Assembly: GCF_004010195.1 (NCBI RefSeq)
Contig: NC_057719.1
Span: 91,448,512 to 91,512,511 of the forward strand
DNA length: 64,000 nt
Reading direction: 5' to 3'
Source of the DNA: Chiloscyllium plagiosum
Lineage: Eukaryota
Shown: in pieces, positions 38,026 through 50,100 of the stretch
How positions within the stretch are numbered: position 1 is the stretch's first letter
Layout of the letters: each line of letters starts with the position of its first letter
The notes under the pieces: generated by a model
What the model was told of the DNA's origin: nothing
Database searches by the model: none
Seen by the model: only the letters and a program-made list of their open reading frames with translations
Translations under genes and position numbers: made by a program

Positions 38026-38149
38026 ATGTGGGACAGCTAGTCCAGGGACAGTCCCCTTCAAGGAGGAGAGTCCTTGCACTCACTCTCACACTCAAGATAG
38101 GCAAACACCCAGGTGGCCAGTGGCAAGCACTGCCCAACACTCCTGTTTA

Positions 38150-38186
38150 TTTTTTTTTCTTTTTTCTTTTTTTTATCTACCCAATT
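38150..38186 (-). mobile_element. Tail-only stub insertion (insert D)
   Basis: ATTGGGTAGAT plus an A-rich tail on -, between two TCCTGTTTAT copies (38141-38150 and 38186-38195). Confidence 0.55.
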
Positions 38187-38293
38187 CCTGTTTATGTCAA
38201 CCTTGGCTCCCTGACTGGACCAGATTAATAGCCCTAATCTGGGAATTCATATTCTATGAGGTCCACCTGGCTGACTTCGTTAGAATCACTACG
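38187..38293 (-). mobile_element. Host solo LTR, U3 half
   Basis: Minus strand (C/T)GTAGTGATTCTAACGAAGTCAGCCAGGTGGACCTC...GACATAAACAGG; rejoins 29022-29126 across the target motif to give a TG...CA LTR with TATA-like and AATAAA boxes. Confidence 0.7.
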
Positions 38294-40048
38294 TAAGTTA
38301 CCTCCACATTAGCTACTTATTAAGAAATATCACAGACAGTCAATACTGAAACAATGAATGAAACTTTTTTTGCATATAGCAACCAAAATAAGACCCCTCA
38401 AGTAAACAAGCTAAGCCTCTCAACTCAACTTGGCCATTACCTGATTAATGGTGGATTCTAGCTATGATTGCAATCAACTCTACCTGTCTCTTGATGTCCA
38501 GGGTTGAATCCTTGTGTAGTGTTCTCTGGAGTTCTGCTCCTGAGTAATCCTGGAGTTAAACTCTTATACAATATTCTGTCCTTCAAGTTTGTGGTGAGAC
38601 ATTATTGATGATTGTTTCAATTCTTTGATATTGACTACGGCTCTGAAACTATTAAGTCTGCAGCTTGCCTTCATATCAGAAGGAGCTTCCTTGATCCTTG
38701 GTACATTTGGCATTGACTATCAGTTTGAAGGCACAGCTTTCCTGCAATTAACACCTTAAATTCCTCTGCAGGACAGTCATTTGTCTTTATGGCATAAGGC
38801 AACCATTTATCAAGCAGTTGTTAAAACCGTTTTGCTCATGTAGCTATGACTCTTTCTTCTCCTAAGTATTGCTAATTGTTTTCAATTCCTGTATAACAGG
38901 TTGTCCCTGTCCCTTAATAGTTTATTCCAGGCACAGCTATTGCTGCATCTTTCAATCTGTGGAAAATCTTTAAACTTCTGAAGTGTATATTATCCACAAC
39001 AGGAAGAAGGAAGATTGAGAAGAAGCATTCAGAACAACAAATGGATCATTTCAGCAAACTGAACAAGGGCCAGTGAACTGCCTTTCCTGTCTTCCCCTCC
39101 ACCATTACATCCGTGTATCTTTGGTCTGTGTGTGTATGGAGAGTGAGGACTTTACAAGTGGGTTTTCATTTTAATAGAATTATATATCAGTGGTCCACAA
39201 CGGTTTACCTAGAGTTAGAATTCAATTAGTTTGTAATAAATACTAATTCAGGTGTGGCCTGAAAACCTGGTCCATGTTTTGTGCCAACCCAGGGTCCAGG
39301 AATTTTACATACTTTCCAAAATTCTTAACTTTTGTGACAGCTCAGGAATAGAGGGGCTTGCTTTCCAGCATACATGCCCCAGTGAGGGGTGAGGGGTAAA
39401 TGCTCCAGCCCATGTCCCATAAGTGAATAAAGGAAAGTTGCTCACCAATCAGTACCATCCCGAATGTTGATGTTCCTGATTGCTTTTGCCTCGCTCCCTG
39501 GAAGTGTCACACCGTCTGAGTTCCAGCCCCTGAACCCCTTCAGGTATACAGCTTTTATTTATGACTCTCTGGCCCAGATTGACCCAGAGTGTCTCCCTCT
39601 GTCCTTGCTCATAGAACGCTGACTTTTAAACTTATTGTTTGATATTCTGGTGGAGTAGAATAGATAGGAGAAACCACTTTCAGATCAGCTTTCCAGAGGG
39701 CTCAGATTTGAGTTGTTACAGCCTGGAATTCACTACCTGGAAGAAATATTTAATACTGGCTTTCAAAAGGAATTTGGAAGAAACGTCAAGGATCCTCAAA
39801 GGGATGTGATGAGGGAGGAGGGAAAACGGGATGAGTTAGATAGCTGTTTCAAAGTCAATGCCAACATGAAAGAAGCAAATTACCTCCTTAAGATGTTGGA
39901 GCAGAAGGCGGCCATTTGGTCCATCAAGTCTGCTCTGCTATTCACTGACATCATGGATGATCTGATAATCATCAACTCCATTTTCCTGCATCTTTCCCCA
40001 TAATCCTCGATTCCCTTACTGATTAAAAACCTGTTTATCTCAGTCCAT

Positions 40049-40756
40049 TATTATGAAGATGTGGGCTTACTGTGCCTTTAAGAGAGTAAAAGCCAGCAGT
40101 GATAGCACCAAGTGTTGTCAATAAGACACAATGTAATATGTGCTCCAGCTACTGGGATAGCTGGTTCCCTGGAAACAACAAAACAGATTTGAATTAGACC
40201 AATCAGTTTAAATTATACCCTGGAAAATACCAAATACCATTCATGTTTGAACTGAGTATATTGACAATCTTAAAAGTCAATGACACAATCCGATGTTTTG
40301 GGGTATAAGACCGGGGAAAATTGAACAGTTGGGAGGAGAACTTCCACCAGACCAACATCTGTAGACTGCTAGTCAGAACTCTCGGAGAGGTACCTGTCTA
40401 GAGAAGGAGTTTGCACAGAGAAAAACCTCAACACCGACCTGGGGAGCCAATCTACCGATGAAGATAAAGAGAAGAATGGATCACTGGCTGGTTTTAAAAT
40501 TTGAGTTTTTCTGTAAATCGTAATGAGTTTTATCAGGCTAGTATTATAGAAGGGAAGGTAACAGACAGGTTAGAGTAAGGAATTGTAAATAGTTGTGAGT
40601 TAATTATTCTCTGTTATACTTTAAGAAATAAAATTGTTAATTTTGACTTTAAATAGATCTTGGCCACTCGAATGTTTACAGATTACTGCATGGGACAAAC
40701 CTTTGCTGTGCCGCTGATTTTAAATTAAGCAGGAGGGTTTACCCCGTGTTGTAACG
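40049..40756 (+). mobile_element. Solo LTR inserted in a CR1 3' end; same family as 61664-62354
   Basis: T(A/G)TTATGAAGATG...GTAAC(G/A) ends, flanks CCAT/CCTT, CCAAT boxes, GGGGTATAAGA TATA-like box, AATAAA near 40627. Confidence 0.75.
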
Positions 40757-40979
40757 CCTTGAATATACTTAATGACCCAGCCTCAACAGCCCTCTGTGAT
40801 AAATAATTCCACAGATTCACTCCTCTCTGAGAGGAGTGAATCATTTCTGTCATATGCATACGATCCCCTTAGTGCTATAAAATGCAATGTTTTCTGCTCT
40901 TTGGCTGAATCGATTGATTTCAGTTGTGTGCATCATCTAGGAGCTTGATTTTTAACTCGCAAGTGTTTCCTCATTGCAG

Positions 40980-41226
40980 CCGTTTGAAGAGTAACATAGA
41001 CGGGAAGTACTTACTGGATGCAATTCCATTCAGTTGCTGCAACTACAACTCTCCCCGGCCTTGTATCCAGCATCAACTCACCAACGACTCGGCTCATTAC
41101 AACTATGACTACCTGACTGAAGAGCTGAACCACTGGACCACAGGCTGCAGACAGGCACTGCTTGACCATTACGTCCAGATCATGCAGTCCATAGGACTGT
41201 CTGTACTCATCATTTGGCTCTTTGAG
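40980..41226 (+). CDS. prph2l: Peripherin-2-like, coding exon 2 (D2 loop, start of TM4)
   Basis: Acceptor TTGCAG|C and donor GAG|GTAAAT; 247 nt, as in PRPH2; [39 protein letters not shown]...IWLFE; phase joins exon 1 (AA+C). Confidence 0.95.
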
Positions 41227-42466
41227 GTAAATATCTACAACTAAATATGTAACAACCCCCTTTCCATCTATATTAACCGTGATGCCTAGACTAAATTTTC
41301 TTAGCTATAAAAGTTTTAAGCGTCACCTCCAGTTTGGATGGGGGTCAAGGGCTCTGATGCCATTCTCATTTCTCAGTCAGAAGGCCATGGGTTCAAGCTC
41401 TGGTAAAGAAATTGAACACAAAATCTTCCCCAGCACCGCGGGAGTGTTGTATGGTCACTGGTGCTGTTTCCCACCTGAGACGTTAACCATAGGCCTATTC
41501 GGGTCTTTCTGACGAGGGTCTCAACGTCCTGTTTAATTCTCACCAGTGTTCTGATCATGTTTTTGGCCTTGACGGCACTTTCCTGTCATAATCCCCAATT
41601 TCGTCATGAATCAAAACACTGTACAACTCAGCCTTAAATACGTTAGTGACTCAGTCTCTACTGCTGTCTGGGGAAGAGACCTCCAAACACTAATGGCCCT
41701 CCGAGGGAAAACATCTGTCCTCGTCTCTGTCTTGATAAATGATATTTTATTAGTTTCAGTCTCCTCCATGAGAAGAGACATCGGCAGTCCCCACAAGGTT
41801 GAATATGTTTCAATAGGATCACTTTCTAAACTCCAGTTATTTGCTGAATCTGTCCATGACTTTTTAAGGGTCCATCTACTTGGCATATTACTTGATGTTT
41901 GCATTTACAATGCCTTTCTGTCAACAGCACATTCAGAAATGTGGTTTTTCCTCTCATCGTTTGCAGTTATGGGATCTTCCGCCCAGAGTTGCAGAGTCGG
42001 AGGTGGAGCCACAGACGCTGTAGCACGGCAGGGAGGGGTGAAGTTACCTGCCCAATTAATTCCAGGAGATAGTCACAGCCCTTAACACAGGGTCTTCTAA
42101 TTTGGCATACGCTCAGAGATAGGAGGGTGCAAGTGAGAGACAGGAGCCTCAGCTGTTCAGTTGTCCAGGATCGACGCTTTGTTGGCTTCTCTGGATGGTA
42201 ATGAGGGTTGCAGCGTGGATGAGCTAATTGACCATGGCATAAGAATTCAGGGGATGGAAGCGAGAAGGAATGTTGTGGCAGTAGGGGACAATATAGTGAA
42301 GGGGACTGACACCATTCTCTGCAGCAAAGAGCATGGGTACAGATGGCTATGCTGTCTTCCCGGTGTCATGAGAAGTTGGGGGCTGATTCTCAAAGATAAT
42401 AATCTCTAAATTATGATATCATCCACGTGCAACCTGGCATTGGGTAAGATTTGAGAAGTGTACAGG

Positions 42467-42678
42467 CAAAAGTGAGGACTGCAGATGCTGGAAACCAGAG
42501 TGGTGCTGGAAAAGCACAGCAGGTCAGGCAGCATTCGAGGAGCAGGAAAATCGACGTTTTGGGCAAAAGCCCTTCATCAGGAATTCCTGATGAAGGGCTT
42601 ATGCCTGAAACGTCGATTTTCCTGTTCCTCGGATGCTGCCTGACCTGCTGTGCTTTTCCAGCACCATTCTGATCTAAA
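42467..42678. mobile_element. Palindromic Penelope-derived mini-element
   Basis: Inverted arms centred on ...CATCAGGAATTCCTGATG... (~42583); hammerhead cores with point changes. Confidence 0.85.
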
Positions 42679-43059
42679 CTTTGAGATGTCTTTGCCTCGC
42701 TCAAAGAATGCTGTGGGAGAAATGGTTCCAGTTCATCTGGCACTGGCACCAGTATTGAGGAAAGTAGGATTGTACTGTTGTAACAGTCTGCACCTGAACT
42801 ATACTGGAATCAGTGGACTCGTGAACTGCATAAGCAGAACGCCGAGAGGGCCTCAGACTAAATAAGGGGAGGGGTGTGAGGGATCAGACTTGAGTAAATG
42901 TAACAAGTCAAGGCGCGGGAGGAGAACAAAATATCAATGTGGAAAATGAAGGTCAGAGAATAGCAGGAAGGAAAGAGAGAGAGACAGAAGAATAACCAAG
43001 AAGCTGAACAGCAATCACGACTAGATGCTACAACAATAACAAAACAAAACTTTGTCTCT

Positions 43060-44060
43060 TAATGCATTTTGTACTCAAAACAAAGATAGCACACATAGAT
43101 GTGAACAAATATGATCTGATAGCCATTACAGAGAAATGGCTGCAGGATGACAAGGATTGGGTAGTAGTCTACATGCAGGGTTATGTGGCATGTGGGAAGA
43201 ATACTAGCACCTGGGAAATGCGATGGAGGCAGGTTCAATTGAGGCATTCAAGGGGGCACTGACTGGTTATTTAAATAGAATCAACGTGCAGGTTATGCAG
43301 GAGAATGACACTCAGTCAAAACACTCCACTGGTGCAGACACAAAGGGCCAAATGGCCTCATACACAGAAACAGCAACACTTCTGTTGATAGGGATCTACA
43401 TAAGGGCAGAGAGGATAGTTTTGGTGCAGTCATCTTGGTTCGGGAGATCAGGACATAGAACCAGTTTCGATAGCATTGAGGAATAATGGAAGAAGGTGAT
43501 CTGCAGACCCCTGACAGTAACCATGATGGCTGGCAAAGTATAAAAGGGTAATAATGGGTTCTTGTGATAAAAGGACAGCAATAAGCATAGGCGATTCTAA
43601 CCTGCATGCAAACTGAAAAAGATCAAATTGGTAACAGTAGCATCGATGAGGAGCACCTGGCATATTTTTGCGATAGCTTCTGTGAGAAATACCTTCTGAA
43701 ATACCAGAGAGCAGGCTGTACTGGACTTGGTACCAGGTAATACGACAGGATTAATTAATCAAGCCTGAGCCAAAGGCACCTCTCGGTAGCAGTGATCAAA
43801 ATATGATCAAATTATTCAGCTAGTTTGAAACAGAGAAGGGTGGATCTAAGACTAACATTTTCAACTTTAAAAAGAACAAACAGCATCGGTGAAGAAAAGC
43901 CAGTTGAAGTGAACTATGATATTAAACCAGGAGGTAGGTCAGGAGAGAAGCAGTGGCAGACATTTAATGGGATATTTCAGAATAAATACATTCCTACTAT
44001 GAAGATGAGTTCCAAGGGGAGGACTCCCCATTTGTGGTTAATTAATGTCACAAATTAACT
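43060..44060 (+). mobile_element. Old CR1 endonuclease-region fragment
   Basis: YDLIAITEKWL; a GDFN-like segment (GGCGATTCTAAC); LGSSDQN segment near 43780-43800. Confidence 0.6.
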
Positions 44061-44839
44061 GGGAAGAGAGCACTGACAATCATTCCCCACTATTCAACAA
44101 GGTTTCATAAAATCTGTAAAGGTATAAAATGCCAGTTACATCACCAAATCCCACTGGCTGCTAATAGTTAAGCCTATTACGTTTCTTCCATAGCAGGGAA
44201 TAAAAAATCATTGTGACACACTTCAACTTAATAAGAGCACTAAGGGAAAAGATTTCTAATTTACACAACTTAAATGATGCCCTTCGAAAAGACCCCAAAC
44301 ATACTCAGTCACAATTAACAATGATGGTTTAACACGGATATAGACACAAAGAGTACATACAAAGAATATAGACAGGGTAAATAAAATTCCAAAGATCAAC
44401 CTTTCACATGACAAGGTAGAAATTCTGTCATTGCTGTTTGTGTTAGTTGTGATAATGAGACACTGATGTACAGTGATGGTCATCCTTCGATTCAGTGGTT
44501 GATCAGGTATTCGGTTATTTTCTAGTATGAATTTTTTTTATGCTTTCAGGGTTTTCTCTCTTTTCATCCATGATGAGTGTGAGTGAGACATGGTGGCTTT
44601 CTGTCTGCAGACTCCAAATATTTCTCCCCCTCTGATGATCTTAACATAAAGGTTTTTTTTTAAAAAAAGAAATGCTTTGCTGTTCATCCAGAGTACTGCC
44701 ACCTGGCAGAACCTTCTTAACTAGAAAGATTCTTGGTGTTAAAGTATAGAATTTCTACAATGTAGAAACAGGCCATTTGGCCCAACAAGTCCACACCAAC
44801 CCTCCGAAGAGTAACCCACCAAGGCTCATTCCCCTACCG

Positions 44840-45425
44840 TGGGCGGCACAGTGGCACAGTGGTTAGCACTGCTGCCTCACAGCGCCAGATACCCGGGTTC
44901 AGTTCCCGCCTCAGGCGACTGACTGTGTGGAGTTTGCACGTTCTCCCCATGTCTGCGTGGGTTTCCTCCGGGTGCTCCGGTTTCCTCCCACAGTCCAAAG
45001 ATGTGCAGGTCAGGTGAATTGTTAAATTGTCCGTAGTGTTAGGTAAGGGGTAAATGTAGGGATATGGGTGGGTTGCGCTTCGTGGGGGCGGTGTAGACTT
45101 GTTGGGCCGAAGGGCCTGTTTCCACACTATAAGTAATCTAATCTAATCTAATCTACTCTATTAAGATGGCATGGTGGCTCACTGTTTAACACTGCTGCCT
45201 CACAGCGTCAGGGACCTGGGTTTAATTCCTCCTATGGGCAAATGTGTGGAGTTTGCACATTCTCCCCGTGTCTGTGTGGGTTTCCTCTGGGTGCTCCGGT
45301 TTCTTCCTATAATCTAAAGATGTGCTGGTTAGGATGAATTGGCCATGCTAAATTGCTCATAGTGTTCAGGGGATGTGTAGGTTAGGTGCATTAGTCAGGA
45401 GTGGACTCGATGGGTCAAATGGCCT
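44840..45425 (+). mobile_element. Two tandem HE1-type SINEs (44840-45154; 45166-45425) inside or next to an inverted SINE tail (44745-44837). Further copies near 46565-46837(-), 50184-50427(+), 53306-53365(-)
   Basis: tRNA-like heads and (CTAAT)n tail. Confidence 0.85.
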
Positions 45426-46950
45426 TACTTTCACTCCTATGTCCTATGGTCTTACAATTGGCTGAATTTGAATTTGCTTTTTGTTTCATGGCACCTCATC
45501 TGCGGCTATTTGTTTCGATTAAGCGTGATGTTTTTACTTTGTTCAGGACTCTCTGTGCTTTCTGTCTTTGCTAGCTTTTCAACTCTCTTAAAGGTACAGT
45601 ACACCTCTATTATACCTTCATGACATGAGTGAAGTGGTATCGAGCAAGCTGATGTAGCTATGAATTAATAAGTTTCCAAGTCTTTATGCACTTCATCTCA
45701 GGGTCTTCAAATAGATGGCTCACGAAGTTGTAGGAACAAGGTATGAAGATTTCAAAATTTGTTACATTCTGCAAATGTTCTATCAGATTGGAACGTAATC
45801 CCTCTGCTGAAGAAGGGAGGGAAGAAGAGAACAGGAAACTGCAGGCCTGTTTGCTCGATGTCTGTCATGGGGAAGGCATCGATGTAATAATAATAATAAA
45901 AACAGTGCTTGGATTTCGAGAAGGTATTTGACAACATTTCACCAAAAATGTTGCTGTGGAGCTCACAGTGTAGGGTGCAACTGATTAGCATGGATCGAAG
46001 ATTGGTCAGTAGAAACAGGGAATGTATCAGTGGGCATGATGTAATGAGCAGTGTCGTGCAGGGGTCTATAACTGGGCCCTCAATTATATATATATATATA
46101 CACACACACATATACATCAATGACTTAGATGAGAGGACCAAAGGCCTGGCAGTTAAATCTGCAGATTAGCACAAAAACAGGCAGGAATATACGCAGTAGC
46201 ACAACACTTCTCATAAAAACTGAAACAACTGTGGAGGCTGTAAATCAGAAAGAAGAAAAAAAGAAATTGCTGGAAAAGCTCAGCAGGTCTGGCAGCATCT
46301 GTGGAGAGAAATCAGTGTTAATGTTTTCAGGTGGAGTGGGCGTTCCTCAGAACCACCCCTCGTATCCTACTATTTCAAGTGTCTGCCCTTTGTCCCCACT
46401 CTCGTGTCTTGTTATGTCCAATTGCTTCACCAGGACAGTTATTTTGATTCCATGAATTTCAACATTAGCTAATAGTCTCTTATCAGGGATTTGATCAAAT
46501 GTTTTCCAGATGTGTGTTTAAATAAAATTGAGACACTTTCCAGTTCATGATTTCATCTCAGATCCATAGAAACTCTACAGTGTGGTAACAGGCCATTTGG
46601 CCCAACAAGTCCACACCGACCCTCTGAAGAGTAATCCACCCAGACCCATTCCCCTATATTTACTCCTGACTAATGCATCTAACATTGTGGGCAATTTAGC
46701 ACAGCCAATTCACTAAGCTGCACTTCTTTGGATTGTGGGAGGAAACCCACGCAGACACAGGGAGAATGTGCAAACTCCACACAGTTACCCAGGTCCCTAG
46801 CATTGTGAGGCAGCAGAGCTAACCACTGAGCCACCATGATAAACATATCTGATAAACACTTCGAGGTTTCCTGAGGTTGTGGTAAGTGTTTTATAAAGAT
46901 GGTGTTCTCTCCTGCGATTCTAAAGAAACCACTTTTCTGTTTGTCTACAG

Positions 46951-47196
46951 ATTTCAGTTCTCACTGGTGTCAGATACCTACAGACTGCAATGGAAAATGT
47001 CGTCCTGCAGGGAGATCCTGAGTGTGAGTCTGAGGGTTGGCTACTGGAGAACAACTTTGTGGAAACAGCCAAAACAAATCTGAACCTCATTAAAACCTTG
47101 CGCAAGGTCAATCAGATATCTACCATCTCTGGAATGGAAAATCCCAATATGGACGTTAGAACAGCTGCCTATGGACCTGACAATGTCCTCCACTAA
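46951..47196 (+). CDS. prph2l: Peripherin-2-like, coding exon 3 (end of TM4, cytoplasmic tail, stop)
   Basis: Acceptor TTTTCTGTTTGTCTACAG|; ISVLTGVRYLQTAMENVVLQGDPECESEGWLLENNFVETAK...NQISTISGM*; total CDS 1074 nt (357 aa). Confidence 0.93.
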   Translation: MSVLTGVRYLQTAMENVVLQGDPECESEGWLLENNFVETAKTNLNLIKTLRKVNQISTISGMENPNMDVRTAAYGPDNVLH

Positions 47197-50100
47197 GTCC
47201 TCCCCACAACCAGGGAGTAGCAACTTATTCCATGGGTCTTGTTTTCAGAATGGCCATAAATGTGTTTTAGATCAGTAAAGGGGGTCAACACTCCTACAAA
47301 GTCATGGTCAAATGATGGATTATATAATAGACATGACTTAAGGACAGTATCACATCTGGCTGATATACTTCAGTGTATGTTGAATCTATCCCAAATATTT
47401 TGGGAGTTTTTGTTATTTACAACATACATTCTGTAGCATTTGCTGATTGCAAAATAGTCAAGTCTGATCTCCATTTTCCTATAAAATTATCTGCATTTAA
47501 CTGAGCCATTAGCAGCCCTTCTTGAGAGAGGAGTTATTTTCCACTTTGATCCATTGCTGTTTTTGTCTCTCGTTGCTCCAATAGTGACTAGGTAGTCAAT
47601 TTTTAGTAATGTTGGTCGAAGGGAGAACTCTCCTTTGCTTTTTTAAAGTAGTGGGATCCTTTATGTCCACTTGAACAGGTGGAGAAAGTCTCAGTCTGAT
47701 ATCTTGTCACCTCTGAGTGTCGACTGGTACCCTTGAGTTGTTGCTGGAAAATCTTCCATTTAGTTGCTACTTTGCTGCGCAAGCTGGTGTTTTCCATAAT
47801 GTACAACCATAATTACAACAATAATTATCGCCCAGCAAGCTTGATAGCAGAATTGAGCCTCAAAAATAGCAGAGCTCATTGTATAATATTTAGCTATGAA
47901 TAATGACTAATCATTAATCTCCCATTTAAGCAAATCCAAAAAAATCTTGTGGAGAATTTCTTTAGAAAACAGGAAGAATGGATTTGTTTTTTCTTTGATT
48001 ACATTGAAAATTTGAGATATCTATAAAAATGCACAGATTTAAAAATGTAAGTTATTCACTTTGTAAAGTATGAATTTTTAGTCTTAATACAAGAACTTTT
48101 AAAAGAGAAAATTCTGGAAAGGTAGCCTGCACTGGCATCAGCCGGTTTCATTTCTTTCTTCAGATGTTCAGCCAATTGACTCAACTGAGTAATTCACTCG
48201 GTCATTTCAGAAGGGACTTAAGATTCAACCACATTGCTGTGGGTGTGGAGTCACATGTAGGGTAAGGATGGCAGATTTTGTTCTCTGAATGACGTTAGTA
48301 ATTTTATAGTCCAAGACTGTGATGCTGTAAAAGCACAGTCGATCTCCAGCATCTGCAGTTCTCCATTAGTGATTTTATGACACTGTTTTCATGGTCATCA
48401 TTAGACTATTAATTCCATACTTTGTTTTCAGAATTGGACATAGCTGTTAGACTGGGTCTGCAGCAGACGGTGAGGAAAGCAACAAGGAGGAAAAACATAC
48501 TTGACCTCAACCTCACCAATTTACCTGTGCAGGATTCAAACCCAAGGCCTTAGAGTAACATCTATGTCTCTAGGTTGCCAGTCAGCAACAATACCACTCC
48601 ATCATGGTCTGCTGTAAATTGGTACATTTACATTTCATCCATTTATGCAAGCTGCAGTGAAACACTGGCAAAAGTCAAACTTACACTTCACAAGTGATTA
48701 AACATCAGTATTAGGACAGCACATCTCTTCACTGAGATGGCACATGTCAGATGACATGATGGCCCCTAGTATTTTTATTCTATTTAAGTCAAATCTAATC
48801 AGATTGGTTTATTGGACTAACAAGTTCTATCCATTAAGCAGATTGTATCTTGAGCAGGATCTTGTCTAGCCAAGTTTGTCCTCCTGACCTGTTCTCACTA
48901 TCCAATCTCTTTAACTGGATTTCAGTTTGCTTTAACCTTCAATTTATTAAATATAATAAGTTGAGAAAAAAATCTTTCAGTTGTGGAATAACCCAAGTCC
49001 CAATGTTCATTTAATTTCAAAATCATTTTCATTGCTTACAAACTCAGGACAATCTGCTGTTCTTTGAGATATTGACCAAAATAATTTTGTTTTTGTTACT
49101 GAGGTTTCAGTTTGAAGTCTGACCTGAAAGGTAACACCGACGGTAGATTTGATACTCAGTTCTCTGCAGTGGGATCATAACCTCATGGCCTTTTGATAGG
49201 AGTGGAGAAAACTACTCTCTGACAAGCCTCGTAAACCTGGGTGGGTGATACTGGGACTATTGAAATATTAGGTTTCCTTAACAGATTTAGTCTTCAAGAC
49301 CGAAGGCAAACGTATGCATTTTCATATTGATATTCTTAGACATGGTGAGTTTCCAGCTCTCTTCCAAAAAATATTAAATGTTATGCTAACATTGGTACAT
49401 GTGACAATAAATTAGTTGGGCAAAGTATAGTGAAAAGCTTTGTTTTACTTATAATGAGCAAGGACATACAGATCTTAGGCCGAAAAAGAAATCCCCTGCT
49501 GTGGTTAGGGGGAAAGGGAGGAGATATGGTCCGACATTTGAAGGAGATTTAGATTCAGCACAAAAATGGGTTTCTTTTTTTGGAGAGGATAAACTTGGCT
49601 TAGGGCAACCACCACTGGAGGTTTATTTCATTGAAACAAGTTTCCCCAGCAGCAGGGTTGGAAGAGGATTGAGATGTTCTTCCTGGTTGATATTGATCAA
49701 TAACCAATGGTATTAAAATAAACTGTTTGACACATTCCTGCTTGTGGAATCTTGCTTGTGCAAGCTGACTGCCGCATTTCCTACACTCGGACAACATATG
49801 CAATGGATTTCATTGATAGAACAGCACGCTGGTATTTCCTGATGAGGAGCTTTGTATAAACCCAACACTTTCACCAAAACATTGTTTTTCATTATCTGGG
49901 CATCATAGGCAAGCCAGCATTTGTTGCTCCATCGTTAATTGCCCTTGAACTAAGGGGCTGGTGAGGACATTGCAGAGGGCAGTTAAGTATCAACCACATT
50001 GCTGTGGGTCTGCAGTCACATGTAGATCAGACTGGATGGCAGATTTTCTTCCCTAAAGAACATCAGTGAACCAGATGAGTTTTTAATGACACGTTAGTTC

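Larger units (their letters stand above)
31709..38135 (-). mobile_element. Near full-length L1/Tx1-clade non-LTR retrotransposon (insert B), frameshifted
   Basis: GC-rich 6.4 kb with a 5' UTR, ORF1, ORF2, 3' UTR with AATAAA and an A-tail. 13-bp TSD AACACTCCTGTTT on + (31696-31708 / 38136-38148). Confidence 0.92.

Noticed and set aside
23978..47196. Calling the gene PRPH2 or ROM1
   Set aside because: The C-terminal tail (QTAMENVVLQGD...ENNFVETAK...NQISTISGM) and N-terminus resemble CRDS2/prph2l as I recall them, and the neighbour is UBR1-like. A tree is needed for certainty.
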